This document shows positions 1-12,540 of a stretch of 32,000 nucleotides of DNA, piece by piece. Under the pieces are notes generated by a model. The model had not been told where the DNA came from. It did not search any database and saw only the letters and a list, made by a program, of their open reading frames with translations. The position numbers were made by a program, and so were the translations under genes. Source of the stretch: Buchnera aphidicola str. APS (Acyrthosiphon pisum). GTDB lineage: Bacteria > Pseudomonadota > Gammaproteobacteria > Enterobacterales > Enterobacteriaceae. The DNA is taken from assembly GCF_000009605.1 (NCBI RefSeq), contig NC_002528.1, positions 540,001-572,000 on the forward strand. The letters run 5' to 3'. Positions within the stretch are counted from its first letter, which is position 1; each line of letters begins with the position of its first letter.

Positions 1-2451
<2,451 letters not shown>

Positions 2452-2614
2452 TTACAACCCACAGGTGTTTTAAAAAAATAAGTTATATGCTTGTTTTTCC
2501 GAATTTTTAAAGAGCTTTTTGTGTTAAATGTTAACTTTTCTTTTAAAGTTATTTTGAGGATAACACAATAATTTAAATTAGTATATAATATTTTTATAAA
2601 TATTTTTTATTTAT

Positions 2615-2687
2615 CGTCCCCTAGGGGATTTGAACCCCTGTTGCCGCCGTGAAAGGGCGATGTCCTAGACCTCTAGACGAAGGGGAC
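2615..2687 (-). tRNA. tRNA-Glu (anticodon UUC), 73 nt, no encoded 3' CCA
   Basis: The reverse complement is GTCCCCTTCGTCTAGAGGTCTAGGACATCGCCCTTTCACGGCGGCAACAGGGGTTCAAATCCCCTAGGGGACG. It has a 7-bp acceptor stem GTCCCCT/AGGGGAC, an anticodon loop CTTTCAC and a T-loop GGTTCAAATCC. It is near-identical to E. coli tRNA-Glu from memory. The sequence after the discriminator G is ATAAAT, not CCA. Confidence 0.97.
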
Positions 2688-2723
2688 TATTGAATAAAAT
2701 TATTTTTTAATTTAACGATATAA

Positions 2724-2752
2724 TAAATAACAGATCAAAAAAAAAGAGTCAA
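2724..2752 (-). promoter_or_regulatory. Candidate sigma70 promoter upstream of tRNA-Glu/23S (-35 TTGACT, 17-nt spacer, -10 TATTTA)
   Basis: The minus strand reads TTGACT (2752..2747), a 17-nt spacer, then TATTTA (2729..2724), about 35 nt upstream of the tRNA 5' end. The -10 matches consensus at only 3 of 6 positions, and AT-rich DNA produces many such matches by chance. Confidence 0.25.
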
Positions 2753-2837
2753 GTGATTTCTGTATTATTAGTTAAAATATTAAAAAAATATGAAAAAATT
2801 AGTAAATTAAGTTTGATTGTTTATTATTTTAAAAAAA

Positions 2838-3659
2838 TTATTTATTTAAAAGATCAATAATATAATCTATTTCTGGAAGCACATTATGCCATAGAAAAAA
2901 AGAATGGGCTGCTTGAAAAACTAACATACCTATTCCGTTAGAAAAAAAATTAGATCCTGTTTTACGAGACCAATCAAAAAAAAATGTATTATCTGTTTGA
3001 TAATTCATATCATAAAAGCATGTCTTAGAAGATACGCAAGAAAAAGGAATAAAATTATCTTTATCTTGAATAAAATGCGATGTTGCATTAATAATCAAAT
3101 CAAAAGATTTTACATGTAACGAATTTGTATTAAAAACATTTATATTTCCGTATTTATGGAATTGTAAGACTAATTTCTCGGCATTTAAAACAGTTCTATT
3201 AAAAATACAAATCGAACACCCATATGATAAAAGAGGAAAAAGAACACCTCTAGCAGCACCACCTGCACCGATTATCAATATTGAATAATTTTTTTTTATA
3301 AAATTCAATCTTATTAAATCCGATAACAAACCAATTCCGTCTGTATTATCTCCTAAAATATTACAATTATCTATTTTTTTCAACGTATTAACAGATTGAG
3401 CAACTTCTGCTCTTTTAGTTAACTTATTACAAAAAAAATAAGCTTCTTGTTTAAATGGTGCGGTAATATTTGCACCTCGACCGTCTTTTTTAAAAAAATC
3501 TTGTAAAACAGCATACAAGCTATTTAATGGAACATTACAAGATTTATAAAAATGAGAAATACCTGTCTGTTTTGAAAATAAACTATGAATTTCAGGAGAT
3601 TTACTATGATTTATAGGATTTCCAAATACAGCATAATTAAAATTTTTGCATTTAAACAT
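2838..3659 (-). CDS. aroE: Shikimate 5-dehydrogenase
   Basis: 273-aa ORF. It carries an AroE-type N-terminus (YAVFGNPINHSKSPEIH), a substrate-binding NTDGIG motif and a Rossmann motif IIGAGGAARGV. It sits downstream of tsaC as in E. coli. Confidence 0.95.
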   Translation of the reverse strand: MFKCKNFNYAVFGNPINHSKSPEIHSLFSKQTGISHFYKSCNVPLNSLYAVLQDFFKKDGRGANITAPFKQEAYFFCNKLTKRAEVAQSVNTLKKIDNCNILGDNTDGIGLLSDLIRLNFIKKNYSILIIGAGGAARGVLFPLLSYGCSICIFNRTVLNAEKLVLQFHKYGNINVFNTNSLHVKSFDLIINATSHFIQDKDNFIPFSCVSSKTCFYDMNYQTDNTFFFDWSRKTGSNFFSNGIGMLVFQAAHSFFLWHNVLPEIDYIIDLLNK

Positions 3660-4230
3660 AACGAATTAACTTTCCATTAATAATATTAATAATCTTAGAA
3701 GGATTTTTTTCATTTCCTATCTTTCCATTCAATAATGGAAAATCTTTACCAAAACATTTAAACACTTCTTCAGAAGTAAAACATGGCGTCATATTTGAAA
3801 TATTAGCACTGGTAGATACAACTGCTTGTCCAAAAGCATTACATAATTTTATTATTTCAAAATGGGCACTTACACGTACAGCCACAGTATTAAATTTACC
3901 AGTCAACCAATAAGGAGTATTAGGTTTAGCTGGAAGTAAAAAGGTAAATGGTCCAGGCCAATGAAAAAAAATTTTCTTTTTTTGTTTATTTGATAAAATA
4001 TTTTCATTGACATACATTTTTATTTGATCAAAATCTGAAGCTACTAATATCAATCCTTTTTCTATACTTCTATTTTTTAAATTAAGCAATTTTTTTACAG
4101 CTTTTTTACTATTAGGATCACATCCGAGTCCGAACATTGATTCTGTAGGATATGCGATCACATCATCATTATGTAACATTTTTATACAATATAGTAGTGA
4201 GTTTAAAAAACAATGTTTATCCATTAACAT
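3652..4230 (-). CDS. tsaC: Threonylcarbamoyl-AMP synthase (YrdC/Sua5 family, tRNA t6A)
   Basis: 192-aa ORF with YrdC-domain motifs VIAYPTESMFGLGCD, WPGPFTFLLPA and VSTSAN. Its length matches E. coli TsaC (about 190 aa). The start could be Met1 or Met3. The stop overlaps the aroE start by 8 nt. Confidence 0.92.
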   Translation of the reverse strand: MLMDKHCFLNSLLYCIKMLHNDDVIAYPTESMFGLGCDPNSKKAVKKLLNLKNRSIEKGLILVASDFDQIKMYVNENILSNKQKKKIFFHWPGPFTFLLPAKPNTPYWLTGKFNTVAVRVSAHFEIIKLCNAFGQAVVSTSANISNMTPCFTSEEVFKCFGKDFPLLNGKIGNEKNPSKIINIINGKLIRYV

Positions 4231-4276
4231 CTTCTTATAAAAAATTATTATTGTTTGCTTGACTATAAGTAATATT

Positions 4277-4750
4277 TTAATGAATTATGTCTTCTTTAAA
4301 ATTAAATAATAAATTTTCAAGCTTATGATATGCTGATTCACACCCAGGTACATTAAATAAAACGATTAATACGATCCATTTTAAATCTTCAAGATTCAGT
4401 TCATTAATATCTAATTCCATGATTCTTTCAATAATTACTTCTCGTGTATCTAATGTCAATATCTCCAACTGTTCTAAAAAAAGAATAAAACCACGACAAT
4501 CGACATTTAATTTTAGTGATTCTTCTTGTGTATAAATTCGAATGGTAATCTTATTGGATAATGGATTAATAGATGGAATAATATTTTTCTTGTAACAAGA
4601 AAGATTTTTTAACCAACTTAAAGCATTATAAATATCTCGTCTTTGAAAACCTATATCAGACAAATCATTAGTCAAACTATCATAATCAATCGATATTCTT
4701 GATTCGTTATGTATATAATTTTCAAACAAATATATTAATATATCAAACAT
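4277..4750 (-). CDS. smg: Smg protein (DUF494)
   Basis: 157 aa, the same length as E. coli Smg, with end-to-end similarity (MFDILIYLFENYIH..., CRGFILFLEQL, LEDLKWIVLIVLFNVPGCE). Confidence 0.93.
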   Translation of the reverse strand: MFDILIYLFENYIHNESRISIDYDSLTNDLSDIGFQRRDIYNALSWLKNLSCYKKNIIPSINPLSNKITIRIYTQEESLKLNVDCRGFILFLEQLEILTLDTREVIIERIMELDINELNLEDLKWIVLIVLFNVPGCESAYHKLENLLFNFKEDIIH

Positions 4751-4993
4751 TACGTCCTCAATTATATATTAAAAAATTTAAATATTGAGTAATATATTCT
4801 ATAAATAAGTTTATTGTGAGTATTATTAATAATATAATATGAAAAATATTGTAATATAATGAAAAAAATTTTTACTAAAAAATATAATAAGTTTTTATTA
4901 AAAATATAAAAAATAATAGCACTAAACTTTTAATTATAATAAAAAAGTCTATACTAATACATAAAATTCAACTATTTTATATCTAAAATATAT

Positions 4994-5515
4994 ATGTCTT
5001 TGTTAAAAATACTCTATTATCCTGATATACGTTTAAGAATTCTTGCTAAACCCGTAAAAGAAATTAATAAAAAAATACAAAAAATAGCTAATGATATGAT
5101 AGATACAATGTATCAAGAAGAAGGAATCGGTTTAGCTGCAACTCAAGTAAATATTCCATTGCAAATCATAGTAGTTAACACAATGGAACAAAAAAAAAAC
5201 AATTTAGTACTTATTAATCCTAAAATTATCAAAAAAGAAGGTGATATTAGTATTGAAGAAGGATGTTTATCAATTCCAGAGTATCAAGCTTCTATTCCAA
5301 GATCTAATTATATACAGGTGCAAGCAGTAAATCTTGATGGAGAAAAAATAGAAATAGAAGCAAAATCAATATTGTCTATTTGCATACAGCACGAAATAGA
5401 TCATCTTAAAGGAAAGTTATTCATTGATTATCTATCAAAATTTAAAAGAGAAAGAATTCAAAAAAAATTTGAAAAAATTAATAAAAAAAATAAAAAATTT
5501 TCCATAAAGGAATAA
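4994..5515 (+). CDS. def: Peptide deformylase
   Basis: 173 aa. All three deformylase signature motifs are present: [17 protein letters not shown] and HEIDHLKG. It is followed by fmt, as in most bacteria. Confidence 0.96.
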   Translation: MSLLKILYYPDIRLRILAKPVKEINKKIQKIANDMIDTMYQEEGIGLAATQVNIPLQIIVVNTMEQKKNNLVLINPKIIKKEGDISIEEGCLSIPEYQASIPRSNYIQVQAVNLDGEKIEIEAKSILSICIQHEIDHLKGKLFIDYLSKFKRERIQKKFEKINKKNKKFSIKE

Positions 5516-5522
5516 AAAAAAT

Positions 5523-6467
5523 TTGAAAAAATTAAAAATTGTTTTTGCTGGAACAGAATATTTTTCTGCTGAACATTTACACGCACTAATCACTTCTTCA
5601 CATGATGTAATTTCAGTTATCACTCAACCCGACCGTTATTCTGGAAGAGGACAGAAAATCACCTTTTCTCCAGTGAAAATATTATCTTTAAATAATGGAA
5701 TTCCTATTTTTCAACCTGAAAATTTAAATGATACGGATTTTCAAAATAAATTATTAAAACTTAATGCAGATATCATGACAGTTGTATCCTATGGGAAAAT
5801 AATACCAAAAAAAATACTTAATATGTTTTCAAAGGGTTGTATTAACGTGCATGCTTCACTTTTACCTAGATGGAGAGGAGCAACTCCGATTCAATCATCA
5901 ATTCTGCATGGTGATAAAAAAACAGGCATTAGTATCATTCAAATGAATGATGAAATTGATTCCGGCAATATAATGCACTCCATCACGTGCAGCATATCAT
6001 CGAAAGATACTACTAAAACCCTATCTTTAAAATTGATAAAAATAGGAATAGAAGCATTACTAGAAGTCTTAGAAAAAATTATATTGAACACAGTTATTTA
6101 TAAAAAACAAAACGAAAAAAACGTAATTTTATCAAAAAAAATATACAAAAAAGATGCTTTATTAGATTGGAACTTATCAGCCGAAAAATTAGAACGTTTA
6201 ATACGAGCATTTAATCCATGGCCAATCTGTTATTTTTTATCACAAAATAAAAATATAAAAGTATGGCAATCAGAAGTAATTCCTATAACACAAAATAACC
6301 GCTCTGTAGGAGAAATTATTTCCTATAATAAAAATGGAATTCAAATCAATACATCGCATCAAATATTAAATATTAAAAAATTACAATTTCCTGGAAAAAA
6401 AATAATAGATGTTAAAAATGTGATTATTTCTAAAAAAAAATTATTTAAAATAGGAACTATTTTATAA
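5523..6467 (+). CDS. fmt: Methionyl-tRNA formyltransferase
   Basis: 314 aa with a formyltransferase N-terminus KIVFAGTEYF and the motif HASLLPRWRGATPIQ. The start is TTG at 5523, the first canonical start after the in-frame stop at 5505-5507 and 7 nt after the def stop. Confidence 0.95.
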   Translation: MKKLKIVFAGTEYFSAEHLHALITSSHDVISVITQPDRYSGRGQKITFSPVKILSLNNGIPIFQPENLNDTDFQNKLLKLNADIMTVVSYGKIIPKKILNMFSKGCINVHASLLPRWRGATPIQSSILHGDKKTGISIIQMNDEIDSGNIMHSITCSISSKDTTKTLSLKLIKIGIEALLEVLEKIILNTVIYKKQNEKNVILSKKIYKKDALLDWNLSAEKLERLIRAFNPWPICYFLSQNKNIKVWQSEVIPITQNNRSVGEIISYNKNGIQINTSHQILNIKKLQFPGKKIIDVKNVIISKKKLFKIGTIL

Positions 6468-6525
6468 AAAAATATTTAATTTATTTTATATTTTTTGTTG
6501 AAATCATATAAATTAAAAAAAATAA

Positions 6526-6548
6526 GCAAACGGTATATTTCCGTTTGC
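6526..6548. terminator. Bidirectional intrinsic terminator hairpin between convergent fmt and rplQ
   Basis: GCAAACGG (6526-6533), loop TATATTT, CCGTTTGC (6541-6548). This is a perfect 8-bp stem flanked by an A-run upstream and TTTAAAATT downstream, so it gives a U-tract on both strands. It lies in the only convergent gap of this region. Confidence 0.6.
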
Positions 6549-6593
6549 TTTAAAATTATATTTTTTATATTTTAATAAAAAATAGTATAAATT

Positions 6594-6986
6594 TTATTTC
6601 TTTAAAATTTCATTTTTTTTGTTATTTTTCACACGATCTACTAATTCAATATAAGCCATTGGAGCCTTATCTCCAGATCGAAATCCACATTTTAAAATAC
6701 GAGTATAACCACCTAGTCTACTAAAAAAACAAGGCCCTAATTTTTTAAATAATTTCGCTACTATTGCATTATCACGAATACGAGAAAAAACTAATCTTCT
6801 ACGTGAAACGGTGTCTATTTTAGATAAAGTAATAATAGGTTCAACAATACGACGTAGTTCTTTTGCCTTTGATAAAGTAGTTTTTATCACTTCATGTGTA
6901 AATAATGAACATGCCATATTTTTCAGCATGGAATTAAGATGAGTGCTGCTACGATTTAATTGACGACCACTTTTTCGATGACGCAT
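6594..6986 (-). CDS. rplQ: 50S ribosomal protein L17
   Basis: The ORF-track entry (to 7007) was trimmed to ATG at 6986, giving [17 protein letters not shown], which matches the E. coli L17 N-terminus. The SD AGAGGT lies 7 nt upstream. It is the last gene of the alpha operon. Confidence 0.96.
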   Translation of the reverse strand: MRHRKSGRQLNRSSTHLNSMLKNMACSLFTHEVIKTTLSKAKELRRIVEPIITLSKIDTVSRRRLVFSRIRDNAIVAKLFKKLGPCFFSRLGGYTRILKCGFRSGDKAPMAYIELVDRVKNNKKNEILKK

Positions 6987-7030
6987 AAATTTACCTCTTC
7001 TTATCAAGTTGTTAATATATAAAATATAAA

Positions 7031-8020
7031 TTATTCATCTAAAATACTTGATGGAGGCCAATTCTCTAATCTCATACCAAGAGATAAGCTACGAGAAGCT
7101 AAGACATCCTTAATTTCAGTTAAAGATTTTTTACCGAGATTCGGAGTTTTTAAAAGTTCTACTTCAGTTCTTTGGACTAAATCACCAATATAATGTATAG
7201 CTTCTGCTTTAAGACAATTAGCAGAACGAACTGTAAGTTCTAAATCATCTACTGGACGTAACAAAATAGGTTCAAATTCAGGTTTTTCTTCTTTGAATTC
7301 AGGTTCACGAATATCTCTTAAATCAACAAATGCTTCTAGTTGTTCTGCTAAAATAGTAGCTGCTCGTCGAATAGCTTCTTCTGGATCAATAGTTCCGTTA
7401 GTTTCCATCTCAATAACTAATTTATCTAAATCTGTTCTTTGTTCTACTCGAGCAGCTTCTACATTATAAGAAATTCGATTAATTGGACTATAACAAGCAT
7501 CTACTAACAAACAACCTATTGGTCGCGAATCTTCTTCTAAATGAACTCTCGAAGATGCAGGAATATAGCCTCTTCCACGTTGCACTTTTATTCGCATTTT
7601 AATAGAAGCATTTTCATCAGTTAAGTGACAGATTACATGCTGCGGCTTGATGATTTCAACATCTCCATCATGTATGATATCTGCGGCAGTAATAGAACCA
7701 ATACCAGATTTATGTAATGTGAGAAGGGTTTCATCTTTTCCATAAACTTTTACCGCTAACGCTTTCAAATTTAACAATATTTCTAAAACGTCTTCTTGCA
7801 CTCCCTCTTTAGTACTATACTCATGAAGTACTCCATCAATTTCAACTTCAGTTACCGCACATCCTGGCATGGAAGATAAGAGAATTCTACGAAGTGCATT
7901 TCCAAGTGTATGACCAAATCCTCTTTCTAATGGTTCTAATGTGACTTTAGTATGAGTCGCACTAATTTGTTCAATATCAACTAAACGTGGTCTTAAAAAA
8001 TCCATGATAGAATTCTGCAT
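7031..8020 (-). CDS. rpoA: DNA-directed RNA polymerase subunit alpha
   Basis: 329 aa, the same length as E. coli RpoA, beginning [18 protein letters not shown]...; highly conserved throughout. Confidence 0.98.
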   Translation of the reverse strand: MQNSIMDFLRPRLVDIEQISATHTKVTLEPLERGFGHTLGNALRRILLSSMPGCAVTEVEIDGVLHEYSTKEGVQEDVLEILLNLKALAVKVYGKDETLLTLHKSGIGSITAADIIHDGDVEIIKPQHVICHLTDENASIKMRIKVQRGRGYIPASSRVHLEEDSRPIGCLLVDACYSPINRISYNVEAARVEQRTDLDKLVIEMETNGTIDPEEAIRRAATILAEQLEAFVDLRDIREPEFKEEKPEFEPILLRPVDDLELTVRSANCLKAEAIHYIGDLVQRTEVELLKTPNLGKKSLTEIKDVLASRSLSLGMRLENWPPSSILDE

Positions 8021-8048
8021 ATTTTCCTCTCTTTAATAGTAAACTTTA

Positions 8049-8669
8049 TTATTTAGAATAAAGTTCAACAATTAAGTATTCATTAATTTCTGCAGATAAA
8101 TCGGAACGCTCAGGAAATCTTTTAAAAATACCTTCCATTTTAGTTGAATTCACTTCTAACCAAATTGGTTTTTCTCGTTGCTCTACAAGTTCTAAAGCAG
8201 CTTTAATTCGAGACTGATTTTTAGATTTATTTCTAATGGAAATTTGGTCGTTAGGAGAAACTTGATATGAAGCAATATTAACAACTTTATTATTCACCAT
8301 GATAGACTTGTGATTAATTAATTGTCTTGATTCAGAACGAGTACAACCAAAACCCATACGATAAACTACGTTGTCTAATCTAGATTCTAATAATTGTAAT
8401 AAATTTGCTCCAGTATTGCCTTTCAAACTAGCCGCTAGTTTATAATATATTTTAAATTGACGTTCTAAGACACCGTATAAACGACGCACTTTTTGTTTTT
8501 CGCGTAATTGAATAGCATAATCAGATAATCTAGGTTTTCGAATACCATGTTGTCCAGGAGGTTGTTCTAATTTACATTTTGATTCTATTGAACGAAGTCC
8601 TGATTTAAGAAATAAATCAGTGCCTTCTCGTCGACTTAATTTTAATTTTGGACCTAAATATTTTGCCAT
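8049..8669 (-). CDS. rpsD: 30S ribosomal protein S4
   Basis: 206 aa beginning [24 protein letters not shown], the canonical S4 N-terminus. Its position in the alpha operon is conserved. Confidence 0.98.
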   Translation of the reverse strand: MAKYLGPKLKLSRREGTDLFLKSGLRSIESKCKLEQPPGQHGIRKPRLSDYAIQLREKQKVRRLYGVLERQFKIYYKLAASLKGNTGANLLQLLESRLDNVVYRMGFGCTRSESRQLINHKSIMVNNKVVNIASYQVSPNDQISIRNKSKNQSRIKAALELVEQREKPIWLEVNSTKMEGIFKRFPERSDLSAEINEYLIVELYSK

Positions 8670-8694
8670 TTTATTCTCCAGAAATTCCTAAAAA

Positions 8695-9102
<408 letters not shown>

Positions 9103-9107
9103 CTAAA

Positions 9108-9464
9108 TTATTTTTTTATTGGTTTTCGAGGACCTTTACAAGTTCTAGCATTAGTTTTAGTTCTTTGGCCGTGTACTGGAAGACTTCTACGATGACGTAA
9201 ACCACGATAACAACTTAAATCAATTAAACGTTTAATGTTTAAAGTTCTTTCTCTTCTTAAATCACCTTCAATAACATATTTTGCAACATGAGTTCTTAGA
9301 AGATCAATTTGTTCTTCATTTAAATCTACAATTTTAGAATGTTCAGGAATGTTTGCAATGGAACAAATAAATTTAGAACGTTTTTTACCTATTCCATATA
9401 TCGCGGTTAATGCAATCAAAGTATGCTTATTTTCTGGAATGTTGATACCTGCAATACGTGCCAT
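9108..9464 (-). CDS. rpsM: 30S ribosomal protein S13
   Basis: 118 aa beginning [14 protein letters not shown], the canonical S13 N-terminus. It is the first gene of the alpha operon. Confidence 0.98.
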   Translation of the reverse strand: MARIAGINIPENKHTLIALTAIYGIGKKRSKFICSIANIPEHSKIVDLNEEQIDLLRTHVAKYVIEGDLRRERTLNIKRLIDLSCYRGLRHRRSLPVHGQRTKTNARTCKGPRKPIKK

Positions 9465-9522
9465 ATTATAAAACCTTATAAATGTATTTTAAACAAATTT
9501 ATAATACTAAAGATAATAACAA

Positions 9523-9551
9523 TTTATATTTAAAAATATTTTAATTGACAA
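9523..9551 (-). promoter_or_regulatory. Candidate alpha-operon promoter (-35 TTGTCA, 17-nt spacer, -10 TATAAA)
   Basis: The minus strand reads TTGTCA (9551..9546), a 17-nt spacer, then TATAAA (9528..9523). It lies in the 93-bp rpmJ-rpsM spacer, where I recall the E. coli alpha-operon promoter lying. AT-rich background makes chance matches likely. Confidence 0.3.
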
Positions 9552-9557
9552 AAATGA

Positions 9558-9674
9558 TTAACCCTGACGCTGTTTATGCTTAGGATCATTACTACAAATT
9601 ACTCTTACAACATTATTTCTTTTTATAATTTTGCAACTACGGCAAAGTACTTTCACAGAAGCTTGTACTTTCAT
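9558..9674 (-). CDS. rpmJ: 50S ribosomal protein L36
   Basis: Not in the ORF track because it is too short. Hand translation of the minus strand gives [38 protein letters not shown] (38 aa), near-identical to E. coli L36. It sits directly downstream of secY, as expected. Confidence 0.96.
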   Translation of the reverse strand: MKVQASVKVLCRSCKIIKRNNVVRVICSNDPKHKQRQG

Positions 9675-9699
9675 CATATTTCCTTCTAGTATAAAATAT

Positions 9700-11013
9700 T
9701 TAATTTAAATTAGCTTTCTTTAACATAGATTCATATTGATTAGACATTATTAATGTTTGAATTTGAGTTATAAAATCTATAATAACTACAACAACAATCA
9801 ATAATGAAGTTCCACCGAAATAAAAAGGAACATTCATAGCACTTCGCATAAATTCCGGGATTAAACAAATAAATGTAATATATAAAGAACCAACTAAAGT
9901 GAGTCTTAACATAATCTTATTAATGTATTTTGCTGTTTGTTCGCCAGGTCTAATTCCAGAAATAAAAGCCCCTGATTTTTTTAAATTATCTGCTGTTTCA
10001 CGAGGGTTGAATACCAATCCCGTATAAAAAAAACAAAAAAACACTATTGCAGATATATATAAAATCAAATATAAAAACTGATTAGGTTGTAAATAAAATA
10101 ATATTTTTGTCAACCATTCATGATTCACTTTACACCAAGATATAATAGTAGCAGGAAATAGAACAATACTAGAGGCGAAAATTGCAGGTATAACACCAGC
10201 CATATTAATTTTTAAAGGTAGATGAGTACTTGGAGTTTCATAAATACGACGACCTTGTTGACGTTGTGCATAATGTACAACGATTTTTCTCTGTCCTCTT
10301 TCCATAAAAACAACTAAAAAAATAACCGAAAAAATTAACAACAAAATAAATAAAAACAATAAAATATGTAAATCTCCTTGTCGTGTTTTTTCAATAGTAT
10401 TTCCGATAGCTGAAGGCAAACCCGCTATTATTCCTATAAAAATAATGATTGAAATACCATTACCAATACCATATTCTGTGATTAATTCCCCTAACCACAT
10501 TAAAAACATAGTGCTAGTTACTAAACTTATAATAGCAATTAAATAAAAATAAAAATCAGTGTTTATTATAATACTACGAATTCCAGCTATATTAGGAAGA
10601 GTCATAGCAATCCCAATAGACTGTACAAGAGCTAATATTAAGGTAGCGTATCTAGTATACTGATTGATTCTATGACGTCCTGATTCTCCTTCTTTTTTAA
10701 TTTCAGATAAAGTTGGGTATACCAATGTCAGTAATTGAATAATAATAGATGCTGATATATAAGGCATAATGCCTAAAGCAAAAATAGAAGCACGACTTAA
10801 AGCTCCACCAGAAAACATATTAAACATATCAACAATAGTACCATTTTGATTATTTAATATTTTAGATAAAATTGTAGTATCAATGCCGGGGATTGGAATA
10901 AAAGAACCAATACGAAAAACAATGATAGCCACGATTAGAAAAACGATTCTCTGCTTGAGTTCACTGACACTTGTTTTAGTATTTTTAAAATTTAATCCTA
11001 ATTTCTTAACCAT
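9700..11013 (-). CDS. secY: Protein translocase subunit SecY
   Basis: 437 aa, multi-pass hydrophobic. The N-terminus ...[28 protein letters not shown] matches E. coli SecY. Its position in the spc operon is conserved. Confidence 0.98.
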   Translation of the reverse strand: MVKKLGLNFKNTKTSVSELKQRIVFLIVAIIVFRIGSFIPIPGIDTTILSKILNNQNGTIVDMFNMFSGGALSRASIFALGIMPYISASIIIQLLTLVYPTLSEIKKEGESGRHRINQYTRYATLILALVQSIGIAMTLPNIAGIRSIIINTDFYFYLIAIISLVTSTMFLMWLGELITEYGIGNGISIIIFIGIIAGLPSAIGNTIEKTRQGDLHILLFLFILLLIFSVIFLVVFMERGQRKIVVHYAQRQQGRRIYETPSTHLPLKINMAGVIPAIFASSIVLFPATIISWCKVNHEWLTKILFYLQPNQFLYLILYISAIVFFCFFYTGLVFNPRETADNLKKSGAFISGIRPGEQTAKYINKIMLRLTLVGSLYITFICLIPEFMRSAMNVPFYFGGTSLLIVVVVIIDFITQIQTLIMSNQYESMLKKANLN

Positions 11014-11023
11014 TATTTACCGC

Positions 11024-11458
11024 TTATCCTTCAACTTTTCCACCAGTATTTTCAATTTCAGAACGAGCACCTTTACTGACAAGTAGACCTCGTATTATCA
11101 AAGGAACTGTTAGTTTTCCTGAAAGAATTATCTTGGCATATTTAATATTTTTTTTAATAATATTTTCTTGTTTTAATACGTTAAGATCAATAATATTTGT
11201 AGACAAATTTGATAAATCTGATAAACGAACTTCTGTTGTAATATTTTTTTTTCTGGAATTAAAACCAAATTTAGGAAGTCTTCTGTATAACGGCATTTGA
11301 CCCCCTTCAAAACCACGACGAATACTACTTCCTGATCTAGATTTTTGACCTTTATGACCTCGACCAGAAGTTTTTCCGAAACCTGATCCGATACCACGAC
11401 CTAATCTTTTTCGACTATGACGTGCTCCATTTGCTGGAGAAAGAGTGTTTAAACGCAT
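11024..11458 (-). CDS. rplO: 50S ribosomal protein L15
   Basis: 144 aa beginning [43 protein letters not shown], typical of L15. Confidence 0.98.
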   Translation of the reverse strand: MRLNTLSPANGARHSRKRLGRGIGSGFGKTSGRGHKGQKSRSGSSIRRGFEGGQMPLYRRLPKFGFNSRKKNITTEVRLSDLSNLSTNIIDLNVLKQENIIKKNIKYAKIILSGKLTVPLIIRGLLVSKGARSEIENTGGKVEG

Positions 11459-11462
11459 GTTT

Positions 11463-11642
11463 CTATTCCTCTTGTATTTTTAAAATATAAGAAATTTTCT
11501 TAACCATTCCTTGAATAGATGGCGTATCTTCACGTATGACAGTATGTCCAATATAACGTAATCCAAGTCCGATTAAAGTTTTTTTATGCTTAGGCAATCT
11601 ACCTATAGCACTTTTTATTTGAGTAATTTTTATATTTTTCAT
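11463..11642 (-). CDS. rpmD: 50S ribosomal protein L30
   Basis: Not in the ORF track. Hand translation gives [59 protein letters not shown] (59 aa), matching E. coli L30 (..[43 protein letters not shown]..). It lies between rpsE and rplO. Confidence 0.96.
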   Translation of the reverse strand: MKNIKITQIKSAIGRLPKHKKTLIGLGLRYIGHTVIREDTPSIQGMVKKISYILKIQEE

Positions 11643-11651
11643 TAAAAAAAT

Positions 11652-12155
11652 TTATCCTAATATATCTTTAATACGTTTATTTCTTTTAGCAGCGATCATT
11701 TCTGGAGACTTCATATTAACTAAACCATTCATAGTAGCTCGAACTACATTGATTGGATTAGTTGAACCATAAGTTTTAGCTAAAACATTATGTATTCCTG
11801 CTACCTCTAAAACTGCTCGCATAGCGCCTCCTGCAATGATACCAGTTCCATCAGAAGCAGGTTTCATAAACACATTTGATCCAGTATGAGAACCCTTGAG
11901 AGAGTGTTGTAAAGTTTTATTGACTAATGGTATAGTAATCATATTACGTCTTGCTTGCTCCATAGCTTTCTGAATAGCGGCGGGTACTTCACGTGCTTTT
12001 CCATAACCAAAACCAACTTTTCCGTCTCCATTTCCTACTACAGTTAATGCTGTAAAAGAAAATATTCGACCGCCTTTGACGGTTTTTGATACACGATTTA
12101 CTGTAATTAATTTTTCTTGTAAATCATTGTGATTTTTTTTTTCAATATTAGCCAT
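11652..12155 (-). CDS. rpsE: 30S ribosomal protein S5
   Basis: 167 aa with S5 motifs [47 protein letters not shown]. Confidence 0.98.
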   Translation of the reverse strand: MANIEKKNHNDLQEKLITVNRVSKTVKGGRIFSFTALTVVGNGDGKVGFGYGKAREVPAAIQKAMEQARRNMITIPLVNKTLQHSLKGSHTGSNVFMKPASDGTGIIAGGAMRAVLEVAGIHNVLAKTYGSTNPINVVRATMNGLVNMKSPEMIAAKRNKRIKDILG

Positions 12156-12170
12156 TCTATAATTTTCGCC

Positions 12171-12539
12171 TTAAAACTTCAGCCCAACTTCACGTGCAGA
12201 TTCAGCTAAAACTTGTACACGCCCATGATATTTAAAACCAGATCGATCAAAAGAAACATGAGATATTCCCTTTGAAAGGGCACGTTCTGCAATAATTTTA
12301 CCTATTTTTGCCGCAGCTTCTTTATTTCCTGTATATTTCAAACTACAATTTATTTTTCTTTCTAATGTTGAGGCAAAAACCAAAACTTTTGCTTCTTTAG
12401 AAGAAATGATTTGAGCATACATGTGTCGTGAAGTACGATGTACTACTAGTCGAATAGCACCTAGTTTTTTGATTTTACAACGTGTTTTCATAGATCGGCG
12501 TATACGAGAAATTATTTTATTTTTATTAGAAAAAATCAT
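12171..12539 (-). CDS. rplR: 50S ribosomal protein L18
   Basis: 122 aa with the L18 core [21 protein letters not shown]. The ATG at 12539 is the only ATG upstream of the conserved core. The N-terminus is about 5 aa longer than the E. coli protein, so the exact start is slightly uncertain. Confidence 0.93.
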   Translation of the reverse strand: MIFSNKNKIISRIRRSMKTRCKIKKLGAIRLVVHRTSRHMYAQIISSKEAKVLVFASTLERKINCSLKYTGNKEAAAKIGKIIAERALSKGISHVSFDRSGFKYHGRVQVLAESAREVGLKF

Positions 12540-12540
12540 T

